IMG/VR virus record: IMGVR_UViG_3300044825_003205 | Coordinates: 62,001-126,000 of that record | Strand: one strand, 5' to 3' | DNA length: 64,000 nt | Origin: an uncultured virus (IMG/VR IMGVR_UViG_3300044825_003205) | Taxonomy: Duplodnaviria > Heunggongvirae > Uroviricota > Caudoviricetes | Part shown: in pieces, positions 10,448-21,948 of the stretch | Layout: every line of letters begins with the position of its first letter | How positions within the stretch are numbered: the first letter of the stretch is position 1 | The notes under the pieces: generated by a model | What the model was told of the DNA's origin: nothing | Database searches by the model: none | The model's input: only the letters and a program-made list of their open reading frames with translations | Translations under genes and position numbers: made by a program

Positions 10448-11388
10448 GATAAGAAAACTCTATTGAATTTGTCCATGATTATTTCAGGACTGAATTGTTT
10501 ATATGGTAAATCATAATCTTCATATTTCAAATAACTTTTGAAGTTATTAAAAATATCATAAACTTCATCTGGATTATTGTAAATAATCGCTCTTTCCCCT
10601 AACATCTCAAGATGAGCTCTCTCACCCGAAAGTCCATAAGTAACTACAGGTTTATTTTCTAATGCAAATTCTGATACTGCCAACCCAAAAGTTTCCCCAC
10701 CACTTCTAGCATGTATCATTGCATCGCACGCATTAACAAAAGATGATTTGGTTTCCAAATTCCACGAACCAGGTAAAAATTTTACCTTCGGGTGGTCAAC
10801 AAACTTGTTTATGTTCATGAATATAAATTCTATGTCCTCTCTTTCATTAACTGTTTTTATAATCATTTCTTTTACAAATTCTATATTGAATTCAGTCGAA
10901 CCAGCATAGCAACCGAATACTGTAGAAGTACTTGGTATACCTAATTTATCCCTAAAATTTTCATTCGGAGGGGGTAACTTCTCACAAATATACGGTAATG
11001 AATGTGTCTCAGGAGAATATCCTTGGTCTTTAGCTAACCAATCAGAAATGTAAAAATATTTATGACCATGTGGTTCGTTAAATCTAAACACAGTATGAAT
11101 CAAAGTTGGGATTGTTTCTAAACAGTAACCATCTTGATTTCCCATCTTAGTAAAATACAAGAAGTCAAAATTATTTTCTTTAAGATAAGTTTCATACTCC
11201 CACCAATACTTTATTTGTACTTCAAATCTATTTTGGAATTTTTCTAACGCATCCATATTTGAGTTAGGAAACGTAAAAATTACACTTTTATTACCCAATA
11301 CTTCTTCATTGTATTTGGCATAATTGAACAAACTAACCTCAGTGCCTCTTATACATAATTGATTACTATGGAATGCGATTTTTTTCAT
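10444..11388 (-). CDS. GT-B (GT4-like) glycosyltransferase
   Basis: RGTEV at the N-terminus; CDAMIHARSGGETFGLAVSEF (E-x7-E). Start moved to MKKIAFH. Confidence 0.8.
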   Translation of the reverse strand: MKKIAFHSNQLCIRGTEVSLFNYAKYNEEVLGNKSVIFTFPNSNMDALEKFQNRFEVQIKYWWEYETYLKENNFDFLYFTKMGNQDGYCLETIPTLIHTVFRFNEPHGHKYFYISDWLAKDQGYSPETHSLPYICEKLPPPNENFRDKLGIPSTSTVFGCYAGSTEFNIEFVKEMIIKTVNEREDIEFIFMNINKFVDHPKVKFLPGSWNLETKSSFVNACDAMIHARSGGETFGLAVSEFALENKPVVTYGLSGERAHLEMLGERAIIYNNPDEVYDIFNNFKSYLKYEDYDLPYKQFSPEIIMDKFNRVFLS

Positions 11389-11413
11389 ATTTTGTTTTAT
11401 TTTTTTTTTATTA

Positions 11414-11971
11414 TTAAGGATAAAAAACAAGTCCTGTTCCTGTGATGTGTCCGATATCAGAAATGTCTATTTTTTTTAATTCAATTCCAAGCCAAAAATC
11501 TAACATAGGGGTATTCAAATGAATGTCATCATATAATACTAAACCTTGATAATTGATGTTAATCAAATGTTTATGAAACATATTTTCAAAAGAACCATCA
11601 TGGAACGTATCAAGTAAAATAACCTTTGAATTGTGAATTGTATTGATATGTTTTTCATCTAATACATCGTCAATCAAAAATTCAATGTTTTCAGGAATAG
11701 ATGAAAGGTCTAAGTGATAACCAACATCGATAGAAATAACTCTGTTAGATTGGTTAGTTGAAAAGGCTAGTGCAGAACATCCTTTCAAACTTCCGATGTC
11801 CAAAAATTGCACATTATCATACTTACTCGATATAAACGACAAAAGTCTGTAATGTTCCATACCTGATGGAGAAAGGAAATATCTTTTATACTCATCAGAA
11901 TTAATCAGATTAACGTGAGAATCCAAATTCAATTGGTCTAAGTCTTCATTTTTTATTTCTTCAATATTCAT
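11414..11971 (-). CDS. class I SAM-dependent methyltransferase
   Basis: FLDIGSLKGCSAL, LLDTFHDG and LYDDIH. Confidence 0.65.
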   Translation of the reverse strand: MNIEEIKNEDLDQLNLDSHVNLINSDEYKRYFLSPSGMEHYRLLSFISSKYDNVQFLDIGSLKGCSALAFSTNQSNRVISIDVGYHLDLSSIPENIEFLIDDVLDEKHINTIHNSKVILLDTFHDGSFENMFHKHLININYQGLVLYDDIHLNTPMLDFWLGIELKKIDISDIGHITGTGLVFYP

Positions 11972-11983
11972 ACAAAAATTTTT

Positions 11984-12688
11984 TTATTTATTTAAAGCAT
12001 CCCAATAACACCTTTCAAGATATTCATCATATTTTTCGAAACATTTCAAATTATCAGAATACCCATCGCGTTGTGTGAACAACATGGGTATTGTTATACC
12101 TACATTAAATAGCCTATTTTCCCTTTTACATAATATTTCGTGTGAACAACAATCATTAAAAAATTCATCGTGTATTACACGGTAATATGGGTCATTGGGG
12201 TCATTGTAGTTTTTTAATGTTTCGTAAAAGTATTCGAGAAAATTTTTTTTATATAGAAACGCTTGGGCACACAGCGCATTGGAAACTTTTCCGAAGTGCT
12301 CGTCTAATCTTTCTATTCTTGCACCTTCCAAAGGTCTAGTACCCATACCAATTAAATCAAAGTATTCGTAGAACCTATCCCACTTTTCAAAAACTTTGTC
12401 GAAGTCGGATTCTTGTGTACCATTCATTACTTTAATATCATCTTCGAATATTATTATCGACTCTAACCCTTCATCAAGTGCTATTTTTGCACAATTCAAA
12501 AACGCTTGAGTTGCACCATAAACTCTCCATTCAGGGTCTTCGTAAATTACACCATCAATATACTCATATCCATCGAATCCGTATTTTTTTAATACAAGTT
12601 CCGTTTCGTATTTTCTATCCATCCTATAAGGTAAATTTATTACAAATCCCTTATCGGCAATTTTCTTTCCTTTATAAGAAACCATCAA
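11984..12688 (-). CDS. GT25-like glycosyltransferase
   Basis: FVINL..R.DR, IIFEDD, and C-terminal Q..GYSD motifs. Confidence 0.75.
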   Translation of the reverse strand: MMVSYKGKKIADKGFVINLPYRMDRKYETELVLKKYGFDGYEYIDGVIYEDPEWRVYGATQAFLNCAKIALDEGLESIIIFEDDIKVMNGTQESDFDKVFEKWDRFYEYFDLIGMGTRPLEGARIERLDEHFGKVSNALCAQAFLYKKNFLEYFYETLKNYNDPNDPYYRVIHDEFFNDCCSHEILCKRENRLFNVGITIPMLFTQRDGYSDNLKCFEKYDEYLERCYWDALNK

Positions 12689-13959
12689 CTGACAGCATTA
12701 TGATTTAACTGACCTGTTAATCTATCACACCAACCTTTAGATTCTGAGTGAGGCCATACAACCCAATACTTTGGTAATTCTTGTGTTGGGAATTCTCTCC
12801 ATACCTTGCAATATCCATCAGGGTCTCTCATAAATCCTGCAATCTCATTTTTGTCGGCGTCTTTTCTAAAGATAGTTTCATCCTTATCATCGTGGAAGGC
12901 AACAACCCAAAAATCATAATCTTTTTCAGGTACTTGACTGTATGAAACATCAATACAGTGTTTGAATATTTTTGTGAAATCCGCTTTCCATTCCTCTTCT
13001 GTTTCGTAGTTATACGGGTTTGGTGGATAGTTTTTATCCAATGTATATTTTTGAATAGAACGTCTTTCGAATAATATTCCTGAATATTTTTCAAAATCTT
13101 TTAAAGTTCTAACTGAGCCAAAACCGAACTCACCATCGTGACCTTCTTGAGTTAATCCATCCATACCGAATAACTTTCTATTCAAAAGATGTGAATGTTG
13201 GTTTTTCTTAACCCATTCTTTGTCATCATCCCATTGCTTTGTTCTACCCTTTCTTGTATATTCATGATATACAACAGGAACATGTGGATGGAACAAGTCA
13301 TAACCCCAAGTGTAAGCTCTCGCAGCAATTGAAATTTCTTCTCCGTGGAAATAGTATTCAGGATTGTGTTGAACTTCTTTTGAAAACTCACCGAGTGTAA
13401 AACAGAAGTGAGCAGAATAGAATCTCGCAGTTACAGGTTTTTTCAACTCTCTCCATCTTGGAATTGTTTCAGGTAAAAAGAAGATTGCACCTTCAGGAAT
13501 AAATCTATCAAACACCATTCTCCATGGGTCTTTTGCTCTTCCTGCTGGGTCATTATCAGGGTCAAAAGATGGTACATAACCCGTAAGTAGAGGTTTCATA
13601 TATCCATCTTTTTGTAGACCCTTAATCATATTAATTAAAGTTTCATCCCAATTCTTTTCGAATCTCATGTGGGAATCTATTTGCATTGTATATTTTTCAT
13701 CTTTATACAATTGTTGTACTAGATGTCTTGCCCAACATACACCTTTAGCTTCTTGGTATGGTATGTCAAGAATTCTGAATCTTTTATCATCTCTCCATTC
13801 ATCTAAATTATCAAACCCGTCTGTTTCAGCATATTGTCTTGCAATACCTATCACTAAGTTTTTTGGATTTTTTGCATTTGCCAACATATCTTTTATCGTT
13901 GGGACAAGTTGTGGGTCTCTGTAAGACGCAATCTGAATGAATATTTTATTATTTGCCAT
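12685..13959 (-). CDS. GT60-family polypeptide/Skp1 N-acetylglucosaminyltransferase-like protein
   Basis: IFIQIASYRDP, GVCWAR, QIDSHMRF and FHGEEI...RAYTWGYD..HP...YHEY, characteristic of GT60. Confidence 0.8.
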   Translation of the reverse strand: MANNKIFIQIASYRDPQLVPTIKDMLANAKNPKNLVIGIARQYAETDGFDNLDEWRDDKRFRILDIPYQEAKGVCWARHLVQQLYKDEKYTMQIDSHMRFEKNWDETLINMIKGLQKDGYMKPLLTGYVPSFDPDNDPAGRAKDPWRMVFDRFIPEGAIFFLPETIPRWRELKKPVTARFYSAHFCFTLGEFSKEVQHNPEYYFHGEEISIAARAYTWGYDLFHPHVPVVYHEYTRKGRTKQWDDDKEWVKKNQHSHLLNRKLFGMDGLTQEGHDGEFGFGSVRTLKDFEKYSGILFERRSIQKYTLDKNYPPNPYNYETEEEWKADFTKIFKHCIDVSYSQVPEKDYDFWVVAFHDDKDETIFRKDADKNEIAGFMRDPDGYCKVWREFPTQELPKYWVVWPHSESKGWCDRLTGQLNHNAVS

Positions 13960-13982
13960 GTTCTTTTTTCAGGAAAAATAAA

Positions 13983-14008
13983 AAACCCTCTACAAAAGTA
14001 GAGGGTTT
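13983..14008 (-). terminator. intrinsic terminator
   Basis: Hairpin AAACCCTCTAC-AAAA-GTAGAGGGTTT with a T-run on the minus strand, downstream of the collagen-like gene. Confidence 0.8.
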
Positions 14009-14034
14009 ACATAAAATATGTTTTATCTGTTGTT

Positions 14035-16353
14035 TTAATAAATCTTATTCAATACAAAAATGTCAGAATATATCGAGTTGTTATTACTGTTACTACCCCA
14101 CTGAGCGGTAACCGATAACGTATTATTAACTGTTGTGTCAAATGTTGTATTATTAACTGTATTGAATGAAAATCCTTCAACCGTACCATTATTTGTTTTA
14201 CTATAAGTAAATCTTCCCAAAGATACAATATCCGCGACTCCGGCAACTCCAATATTTCTTATGGTAAAGTTTATTGTGAAAGTCCATATGTCGTTGGTTA
14301 TAGTTGTAAGAGCCTGAGCACCACTGTCTAATAAAACAACAGAACCTGTTTTCACTCTAAGTCTCAAAGTTTCATTGTTTCCTGCACTTAGCACGCCACC
14401 AAAGTCTACTCTGAAACTATCTCCAATTTGAAATTGATTAGCAAGAACACTAAGTGTTCCAACACCCCCATCAATAAGTGAGTTCTCAACTGTTGTTGCA
14501 CTTACCACCGTACTATTTCCTGTCTGTGCAAATAATCCGTAAACAACTGGAAGTGGAAATACTGGAGATGTACCACTTGTACCTGATGAACCTGCCGTTC
14601 CTGAACTACCACTTGTACCTGAACTTCCGTCTATTCCACTTGTTCCTGAAGAACCATCTGAACCTGATGTTCCTGAACTTCCGCTAGTTCCTGATGAACC
14701 ACTTGTGCCGGAACTTCCTGATGTACCAGAACTACCACTTGTTCCTGAAGAACCATCTGAACCTGATGTTCCTGAACTTCCGCTTGTACCTGAAGAACCA
14801 TCTGAACCTGATGTTCCTGAACTTCCGCTTGTACCTGAAGAACCACTTGTGCCAGAACTTCCGCTAGTTCCTGAAGAACCACTTGTGCCAGAACTTCCGC
14901 TAGTTCCTGAAGAACCAGAGGTTCCTGAACTACCTGATGTTCCACTCGAACCAGAACTTCCACTTGTTCCTGAAGAACCTGATGTTCCACTAGAACCTGA
15001 AGAACCGCTTGTACCTGAACTTCCATCTATTCCGCTTGTTCCTGAAGAACCAGACGTACCTGAGCTTCCATTACCACCCGCAGCACCTTCCAAATTGATA
15101 GTCCATGCCGAGAATTGACCACCACCAATTATATTTGTAACATCAACCACCATATCACCATTAGAAGAGTTGTAACTAACAACCATTCCTATCATATGAT
15201 TAGATAAATCATATGCAATTATCACATCTTGAGCAATACTGTATCCCAAATTAGTTCCAACCACAAATGTACCAGTACTACCTGTTTGGATAGTTAAAAG
15301 TGTGGATGAAGTCGTTCTATATAAATCACCTGAAAATCCTGAGGTTCCACTTGACCCTGAAGTACCAGAAGAACCACTACTACCGCTAGAACCTGAACTA
15401 CCGTCAGTCCCTGATGAGCCAGATGTTCCACTTGACCCTGAAGTACCAGAAGAACCACTTGTTCCTGAACTACCATCAGTTCCTGATGAGCCAGATGTTC
15501 CACTCGAGCCTGATGTACCAGAACTTCCCGAAGAACCATCCGAACCACTAGTTCCTGAAGAACCTGAACTACCGTCAGTACCTGATGTTCCAGAGCTTCC
15601 TGAAGAACCCGATGTTCCTGAACTACCGTCAGTACCTGATGTTCCAGAGCTTCCTGAAGAACCCGATGTTCCTGAACTACCTGAAGTACCATTAAGAACA
15701 AAAGATACCGCATATGTTTTTCCTAAAGTCCAAAGACCCGCACCATAAACTGCCGGTACACCACTACAAGTAACATTATATTGACCGTTATTTCCGGGGT
15801 CTGTGTAAGTTACAGATGAGATTCTGTATAATCCAATTACACTTGAGTCGTCAACCTGCACAACTTGCAAGTATGGTGTAATTCCATTGGCAATTGCATT
15901 ATTGATTGTATCCCAAAATCCTTCTGAGTTGTTAGCAATGCTTCCATAAGAGAATTTGAAACTTCCCGTATTCAATAAACCAGAATTACAGCATGAGCTA
16001 AAGTACGTAAACCCTGAAGGGTTTGCTCCTGCAGTATCTTGTAATATCCATCGTAATGTTGCTGCTCCATCTATCCCTGATAGTCCACTTGTTCCTGATG
16101 AACCATCACTGCCGCTAGTCCCCGAAGAACCTGAGCTTCCTGATGAACCGTCAGAACCGCTAGTCCCCGAAGAACCCGAACTACCACTTGTACCTGAACT
16201 TCCAGTTCCACCTGAAAACTGTTCAGTCAAAGACGAAAAAAATATTGAGTTTGTGACACCTGATGGGTCTATGTCATAATTCACAATTACCATCAAGGAT
16301 TCAGGTTGTCCTGAAGTTGCTAATGGTAATTGAGATATTGGTAAATTTGGCAT
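14035..16353 (-). CDS. collagen-like (Gly-Ser/Thr-Ser) repeat fibre protein, probably virion
   Basis: Three long Gly-X-Y blocks (GSS/GTS/GSD) between globular domains; N-terminal PISQLP motif; TATTTATA late motif upstream. Confidence 0.75.
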   Translation of the reverse strand: MPNLPISQLPLATSGQPESLMVIVNYDIDPSGVTNSIFFSSLTEQFSGGTGSSGTSGSSGSSGTSGSDGSSGSSGSSGTSGSDGSSGTSGLSGIDGAATLRWILQDTAGANPSGFTYFSSCCNSGLLNTGSFKFSYGSIANNSEGFWDTINNAIANGITPYLQVVQVDDSSVIGLYRISSVTYTDPGNNGQYNVTCSGVPAVYGAGLWTLGKTYAVSFVLNGTSGSSGTSGSSGSSGTSGTDGSSGTSGSSGSSGTSGTDGSSGSSGTSGSDGSSGSSGTSGSSGTSGSSGTDGSSGTSGSSGTSGSSGTSGSSGTDGSSGSSGSSGSSGTSGSSGTSGFSGDLYRTTSSTLLTIQTGSTGTFVVGTNLGYSIAQDVIIAYDLSNHMIGMVVSYNSSNGDMVVDVTNIIGGGQFSAWTINLEGAAGGNGSSGTSGSSGTSGIDGSSGTSGSSGSSGTSGSSGTSGSSGSSGTSGSSGTSGSSGTSGSSGTSGSSGTSGSSGTSGSSGTSGSSGTSGSDGSSGTSGSSGTSGSDGSSGTSGSSGTSGSSGTSGSSGTSGSSGTSGSDGSSGTSGIDGSSGTSGSSGTAGSSGTSGTSPVFPLPVVYGLFAQTGNSTVVSATTVENSLIDGGVGTLSVLANQFQIGDSFRVDFGGVLSAGNNETLRLRVKTGSVVLLDSGAQALTTITNDIWTFTINFTIRNIGVAGVADIVSLGRFTYSKTNNGTVEGFSFNTVNNTTFDTTVNNTLSVTAQWGSNSNNNSIYSDIFVLNKIY
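14562..16203 (-). repeat. coding 9/18-bp-periodic repeats (SSGTSG), three blocks at about 14562-15088, 15327-15690 and 16066-16203
   Basis: Periodic units such as cctgaagaaccacttgtt on the + strand, with synonymous variation. Confidence 0.9.
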
Positions 16354-16378
16354 TTTCTTTTATTTTATAAATATGTTT

Positions 16379-19300
16379 TTATAGTCCGTATTTGGATTTA
16401 TCTGCATTGAAGTTTTGTAATACTTCCGAACCTGATAATGATTTACTATACATTCTCACAACACCCATTCTACCATTCAACCATTGAGAGAATTGTCCCC
16501 CGTTAAATGAACCCAAATACAAAGGTGATGTTGTGTTTTTAATGCTTGCAAATGAATGTGAATTACTTCCAATCAAATTACCGTTTATGTAAAGTGCGAT
16601 TGAATTACTTGCAACATTTGTCCACACACCTACAACTTGGTACCACGTATTGATACTCAAACCAGTAAGTGGTGATGTTACTGAGGTTACTCCTCCATTA
16701 CCTACTTCCATAAAAGTATTACTATTAGCAACTGTTCTTAAACCGTAACCCCAATCCGCAGAGGCTCCACCATCAGTTTTCGCTATTAGTATTCTGCTTG
16801 CACCCGCAATTACCGAATGATTTACCCAAAACTCAATAGACCAATCACTGCTACCTGGTTCTAATAAAGCATTGTCGGCAACACTTATTTGTGATGACGT
16901 ACCATTAAATGTAAAGTATGGAGATGTAAATGTAATGTTAGACATTGTTCCATTCAAACCATTACTTGATAAATCATTTATCACGGTTCCACTACCAGAA
17001 TAACTTGAAGGGTTACTTGGGTCATAATATAACACAAGGTTACTTGTTACAGGTTGTCCTGGTGTAGAACTTGGTGTTGGTGAAGATGTTGTTGTGTTAG
17101 TTGGAGTATTAGTTGCGGTCACGGTTGGTGTTGAGGTACTTGTTGGAGTTGGTGATATTGTGTTTGTTGGTGTTATTGACGGTGTTGGTGTGATAGTGGG
17201 GGTTTCAGTATTTGTAGGTGTATTAGTTGCAGTCGGTGTCATTTCGATAAAACTTGGAGATAAGAAATCATACATTTGACCTATTTCAGAAAAATTCAAT
17301 TTTCTATTGTAAAAATATAAATTCGCCAAATATCCGAATGATTGTCCTGCCAGAAGGTTATTACCCCACATCACGTGAGTATCTCCTCCGGCTCCAAAAG
17401 CAACAGAACCAACTTGAGTTCCGTTTATGTAAAATACACTTGATGTATTATCTCCGACCACGGCATATTGTACCCAAACATCCTCATCTGCCGTAATATT
17501 ATATCCTGAATCTTGGAATGTGAAATTATAATAACCTAAATCATCAGTTCCAACTTGAACTAAGATTGGAAGATTGTTATTCGTTCTCAACAAGGACCTC
17601 CATCCAGCAGAACTTGGGATTACTTTAGCCCATGTTACATATGTATATCCTGTTGTTGGTAAGGATGGTCCTGTACCAATAACTTGAATTGACTCTGTAC
17701 CCGTACTACAATCAAAACATTTAATTCCATTAAGAGTTGTAAAAGTTGCACCTCCCGATAAAGTGTTATCAAACGAACCTGTTAAATCAAATACGGTAGT
17801 CCCTGACCCAGGGTAACTTTCAGTTTTATTAGCATCCAATTGCATAATAAGTCCTGAAGTTACGATATTAGGTGTCGGAGTTACGGTTGGGGTATTAGTT
17901 GGAGTTTCGGTTATTGTTGGTGTTATAGTTGGTGTAGGTGTTTCTGTTATTGTTGGAGTTAGAGTTGGTGTTTCACTTGGTGTGTTTGTTGGAGTTTCTG
18001 TTATCGTTGGTGTTGTTGTTGGAGTAGGTGTTTCAGTCTCAGTAGGAGTGTTAGTTGGAGTTTCGGTAGGAGTTTCAGTTACACTTGTTGTCGGTGTATT
18101 TGTTAATGTTGGAGTTGGTGTGAGAGTTTCACTTTCTGTTGGAGTCTGTGTAGGAGTTTCAGTTGTTGTTGGTGTAGGAGATGGTGACGAGGCTTGTATT
18201 AAAATACCAAAACCATCCTGTTGTAAAATCATAGAATAATTTTCCTGTAACAAGAAGTTGGAGTCAGGCATCGTTGGAGTTGGAGTTGGGGTATTTGTTG
18301 GTGTTTGTGTTGGAGTTACATTTGGACAAGGAATTATCGAGTCTATATAACCTGTGTTTCCAGTAACAATATAAACGTTTGTTCCATCAGAATAATATCC
18401 ATCAGTAACATAAAAATATGGGTCCAAAGAATAATCTGAGTATATATGGTCTCCTACAACTAAAGATTCACTTGGAGATTGATAATAAGTTGTAGTTGAT
18501 GCCGAACAAGAAGCATTTGGGTCTAAAAAATTATACCCTAACTGAAGAGTAGTTGGGTTATATATTGAAGGGTCAGGACAAGGTCCGACATAAGAATAAC
18601 GACCATCTCCCGATATAATTAACACGCTGTTGTAATCACCGCAAAAGTCATTACTCCAATCTTCGACTCCTGTCATTTGAATAGTGTTACCGGAACAATC
18701 AGTAAATTCGAATGTAGGATTTTGTGGTCCAACATAAATAAAACGTATTATTGAACAAGATTCAAAAATTGTGGTGTGAGATGGTGTCACAGTTGGTGTC
18801 ATAGTTGGTGTTTGAGTATTTGTTGGTGTTTGAGAAACTGGAATTAAAGTACAATCTATCAATCCTCCATTTTCATTCAATATTGCCCAATTATAAACTA
18901 TATCACCATCATAATAACTTATATCAATACCACCTATTGCAATTCTAGTATTTTGAAGTTGACCAATAAATAATACCCCTGTTGAAGAAATAATGCCATT
19001 ATCGAAAGTATTATCGAAACTACCATTCGAATTCAATCTAATTATCTTATAAGAAGATACTCCCGAATAAGAAGTGAATTGTCCTGCCGCAAGTATTTTA
19101 CCATCAGTCTGTAAACCAATCGATAAAACTTGAGCATTAAATCCTGTTCCGTAGTTGAATGTGTTGTCAATTGTGGCGTCAACATTCAACCTTATAATTC
19201 TATTTGCAGAAACACCTGAATATGTTGTAAATTGTGCACCTGCACAAATAATTTTACCATCAGGTTGTATTGCTAATTCACTGACTGTATTGTTGAATCC

Positions 19301-21910
19301 GTTTGTTGTATTGAATGTGTTGTCGTAGCTACCGTTAGAATTAATTCTTACAATATGTTCCGCAACATTACCGTTATAATTTGTAAACGAACCTGCAACA
19401 ATCAATTTACCATCAGATTGTCGTGCAATAGAGAAAACCGAATTATCAGGTAATCCATTCAAGAATGAATTATCTAAAGTTCCATTACTGTTTAATCTAC
19501 AGAAATAATTTACAGGATTTCCATCATAATTTGAAAACTGACCACCTACTAATATTTTATCATCAGGAAGTACGAGTAACGATGTAATTGTACCATCAAA
19601 TCCTGTACCTGTAATGAATGTTGCATCATAAGAACCGTTTGTATTCAATCTCACAATTCTTCCTGTTGGATTTCCGTCAAAAGAAGTGAAATTTCCACCA
19701 TAAACGAATTTACCATTGGATTGAGCTTCAAAATATGTTGGGTGTCCCCCAACAAATCCCGTACCCAAATTATAACTTGTATCTATATCTCCATTCAAGA
19801 AAAGTCTTACTAAACCTGGAGAGCTAGTACCACTAAAAGTATTGAAAGAACCTGCGACATATAGTCTATCACCATATTGGTCAATGTGGTTCACATTACC
19901 ATCGTTTGGTCCGTATTCTACACAAGCTTGAGAAGTACTTGGAGTAATAGTTACGGTAGGTGTAAATGTTGGTGTAATTGAAGTTGTTGGTGTAATTGTA
20001 GGTGTAGGTGTGACCGTTGGTGTTGGAGTAGGTGTTGCTGTTGCGGGTACTGGTGGTTCTTCACATTTTAAACAGAATGGGTCTAATAACCCGTATCTAT
20101 TTTTCAAGAGTCTGAAGTTGTGTCTAACTTGACCAGCGTTCAATGGTTCAGAATACATTCTAAATGCGCTAATATCACCAATGAAACTACCACCAAAAAA
20201 CTTTTCCAAACGAATGTGAGTTGTCAAGCCCGAATATTCAGTTTCATCTAAAATTTCTGTTGTTAAACACTCAGGGTCTTGTTGATAGGTCATGCCCGTT
20301 AAAGTCACGGGACAACCTGAAAGTGTTAAGTTATCGTGTAATCCTTGTGTTCCCCCACCCAAAGAAATATTATATGCAACACCCACTTGTGTTTCACGAG
20401 CGGTGTTTAGAGGTCTTGGTATAATTTCTTCGAAGTTTTCAACAACCAAAAATAATTTACCATTGACGTAAAATCTAAAAGAACCTAATCTATCATTTTT
20501 TTCATCTACCCATCTTTCAGTGATATTAACGACTTCGACTGTCGCTGGGTCATAAGGTATTTCTTGTGTTATTGGTGGTTCAATAAGACTAACACTATTG
20601 TGAGCTGATGACGCAGTGAATACTGTTTTGACTATTTCACCCAACCCACCTTTATAAAGTAAGTCACAATCATCCCAATAGGTATATCTTTGGAAGACTG
20701 CATCAATCTGAACCCATCTTTCTTCTTGACTATAAGTTGTTCCTGAACAATCATCAAAAATTCCTCTTGTTGAACACCATTCAGTTACACTTGTTCCGGT
20801 AGTGTAAGTTATTCCTGTAGAACAAACTCCGGTAGTTTCACAACCACCAGTTATTCTATAAGTTTTTACACACAACCTTGGACTACCTGTATCACCACTG
20901 AGTCTCAAAGATAAAGCATTCGAAACACCATCATATAACGGGTTTAACTCAGGGATGGATGCATATGTAGTACAATTACAAGGACAATTTCCACAGGCAC
21001 AATTCTGAGAAGTAACTCCAGATTGTTGATAAACATATCCACATGTTGATGCGGTATACCCTGTTTGAGAACAACCGCAAGTTTGTAGACAATTTAATCC
21101 TTCTGTTACTCTTGTATAACCCGAATCAGTTATCGGTGAACCATTTGCATAATGATAAAATTTGTTTTCTGCTCTAGTTCCATAATAGAAGAAAATACCT
21201 TTGTTGTCAGGATACCTTTCATTCAAACCTACGCTCGTATCACCTGTCCATCTGTATCTTAACATGAACTCTGATGACCAACCTAAATTAAATCTTTCAG
21301 GTAAAACTTCATAATCATAACCAAATGACTTGTAAAATCCTTGGTAAAATCCTCCGTCGAATTTTATATAATTTCCGACAGCATTTGCATCATTATCAAT
21401 TGATAAATTATATGTGTAAGAATCGTCGTTATATATTCTATCAGAAGTAGTTGTGAACCCTGTGATTGGGTGCATCTTAAATCTTCTATCGTATTTGTAT
21501 CTTGAAAATTTATCCGCAGTAGAAGTATATAATCCTGTATTTAATTCTATCGTTTCGCCTGAAAATCTTTTTACCAAACCATTATCCATCCCTGTCAGAC
21601 CAACATCACACAATTCAGTTTTTGCAGAACAAACCAACAAATCGATTCCTAAAGGGTTCCAATAATTTTCTGAAACAATTACGTCACTATCAAAGTTACC
21701 ACAATTGATACAATTAATAGTGTTTGGACTATTGATGTCAAAATTTAACGGCATCCTATTGCCGTCATCTTCACCTATTAAAAATGGTGAAAAAATAACT
21801 TCTTCATCGTAATCACGTTCATCCGATGCCAATGAGATATCGGTAATTTCATTTAGAGGTTTAAGATATAACCTCTTGAACACATATTGATTTATATTCT
21901 GATATGACAT
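16379..21910 (-). CDS. large modular virion/adhesin protein: Cys-rich LamG-like N-terminus, delta-60-repeat beta-propeller, Thr/Pro linkers, two C-terminal LamG domains
   Basis: Repeated Q.DGKI..GG.F..Y.G....I.RLN.NGS.D.TF units (about 18860-19910). LamG signatures ([27 protein letters not shown]) and long TPT tracts. Confidence 0.8.
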   Translation of the reverse strand: MSYQNINQYVFKRLYLKPLNEITDISLASDERDYDEEVIFSPFLIGEDDGNRMPLNFDINSPNTINCINCGNFDSDVIVSENYWNPLGIDLLVCSAKTELCDVGLTGMDNGLVKRFSGETIELNTGLYTSTADKFSRYKYDRRFKMHPITGFTTTSDRIYNDDSYTYNLSIDNDANAVGNYIKFDGGFYQGFYKSFGYDYEVLPERFNLGWSSEFMLRYRWTGDTSVGLNERYPDNKGIFFYYGTRAENKFYHYANGSPITDSGYTRVTEGLNCLQTCGCSQTGYTASTCGYVYQQSGVTSQNCACGNCPCNCTTYASIPELNPLYDGVSNALSLRLSGDTGSPRLCVKTYRITGGCETTGVCSTGITYTTGTSVTEWCSTRGIFDDCSGTTYSQEERWVQIDAVFQRYTYWDDCDLLYKGGLGEIVKTVFTASSAHNSVSLIEPPITQEIPYDPATVEVVNITERWVDEKNDRLGSFRFYVNGKLFLVVENFEEIIPRPLNTARETQVGVAYNISLGGGTQGLHDNLTLSGCPVTLTGMTYQQDPECLTTEILDETEYSGLTTHIRLEKFFGGSFIGDISAFRMYSEPLNAGQVRHNFRLLKNRYGLLDPFCLKCEEPPVPATATPTPTPTVTPTPTITPTTSITPTFTPTVTITPSTSQACVEYGPNDGNVNHIDQYGDRLYVAGSFNTFSGTSSPGLVRLFLNGDIDTSYNLGTGFVGGHPTYFEAQSNGKFVYGGNFTSFDGNPTGRIVRLNTNGSYDATFITGTGFDGTITSLLVLPDDKILVGGQFSNYDGNPVNYFCRLNSNGTLDNSFLNGLPDNSVFSIARQSDGKLIVAGSFTNYNGNVAEHIVRINSNGSYDNTFNTTNGFNNTVSELAIQPDGKIICAGAQFTTYSGVSANRIIRLNVDATIDNTFNYGTGFNAQVLSIGLQTDGKILAAGQFTSYSGVSSYKIIRLNSNGSFDNTFDNGIISSTGVLFIGQLQNTRIAIGGIDISYYDGDIVYNWAILNENGGLIDCTLIPVSQTPTNTQTPTMTPTVTPSHTTIFESCSIIRFIYVGPQNPTFEFTDCSGNTIQMTGVEDWSNDFCGDYNSVLIISGDGRYSYVGPCPDPSIYNPTTLQLGYNFLDPNASCSASTTTYYQSPSESLVVGDHIYSDYSLDPYFYVTDGYYSDGTNVYIVTGNTGYIDSIIPCPNVTPTQTPTNTPTPTPTMPDSNFLLQENYSMILQQDGFGILIQASSPSPTPTTTETPTQTPTESETLTPTPTLTNTPTTSVTETPTETPTNTPTETETPTPTTTPTITETPTNTPSETPTLTPTITETPTPTITPTITETPTNTPTVTPTPNIVTSGLIMQLDANKTESYPGSGTTVFDLTGSFDNTLSGGATFTTLNGIKCFDCSTGTESIQVIGTGPSLPTTGYTYVTWAKVIPSSAGWRSLLRTNNNLPILVQVGTDDLGYYNFTFQDSGYNITADEDVWVQYAVVGDNTSSVFYINGTQVGSVAFGAGGDTHVMWGNNLLAGQSFGYLANLYFYNRKLNFSEIGQMYDFLSPSFIEMTPTATNTPTNTETPTITPTPSITPTNTISPTPTSTSTPTVTATNTPTNTTTSSPTPSSTPGQPVTSNLVLYYDPSNPSSYSGSGTVINDLSSNGLNGTMSNITFTSPYFTFNGTSSQISVADNALLEPGSSDWSIEFWVNHSVIAGASRILIAKTDGGASADWGYGLRTVANSNTFMEVGNGGVTSVTSPLTGLSINTWYQVVGVWTNVASNSIALYINGNLIGSNSHSFASIKNTTSPLYLGSFNGGQFSQWLNGRMGVVRMYSKSLSGSEVLQNFNADKSKYGL

Positions 21911-21920
21911 AATCTATAGA

Positions 21921-21948
21921 ATAAATACACTTTGTGTGTGTATTTATA
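21921..21948. promoter_or_regulatory. back-to-back divergent TATTTAT late-type elements
   Basis: Inverted repeat ATAAATACAC-N7-GTGTATTTAT between divergent genes that start at 21910 (-) and 21958 (+). Confidence 0.65.

Noticed and set aside
14478..16279. ORFs with PELP/VPEEP or VLQEQ repeats (14631, 14705, 15294, 15302, 15956)
   Set aside because: Antisense or alternative-frame shadows of the SSGTSG coding repeat, open only because the repeat lacks stops.
17094..18239. Val/Gly-rich plus-strand ORFs (also 63201-63704)
   Set aside because: Antisense or frame shadows of Thr/Pro tracts.
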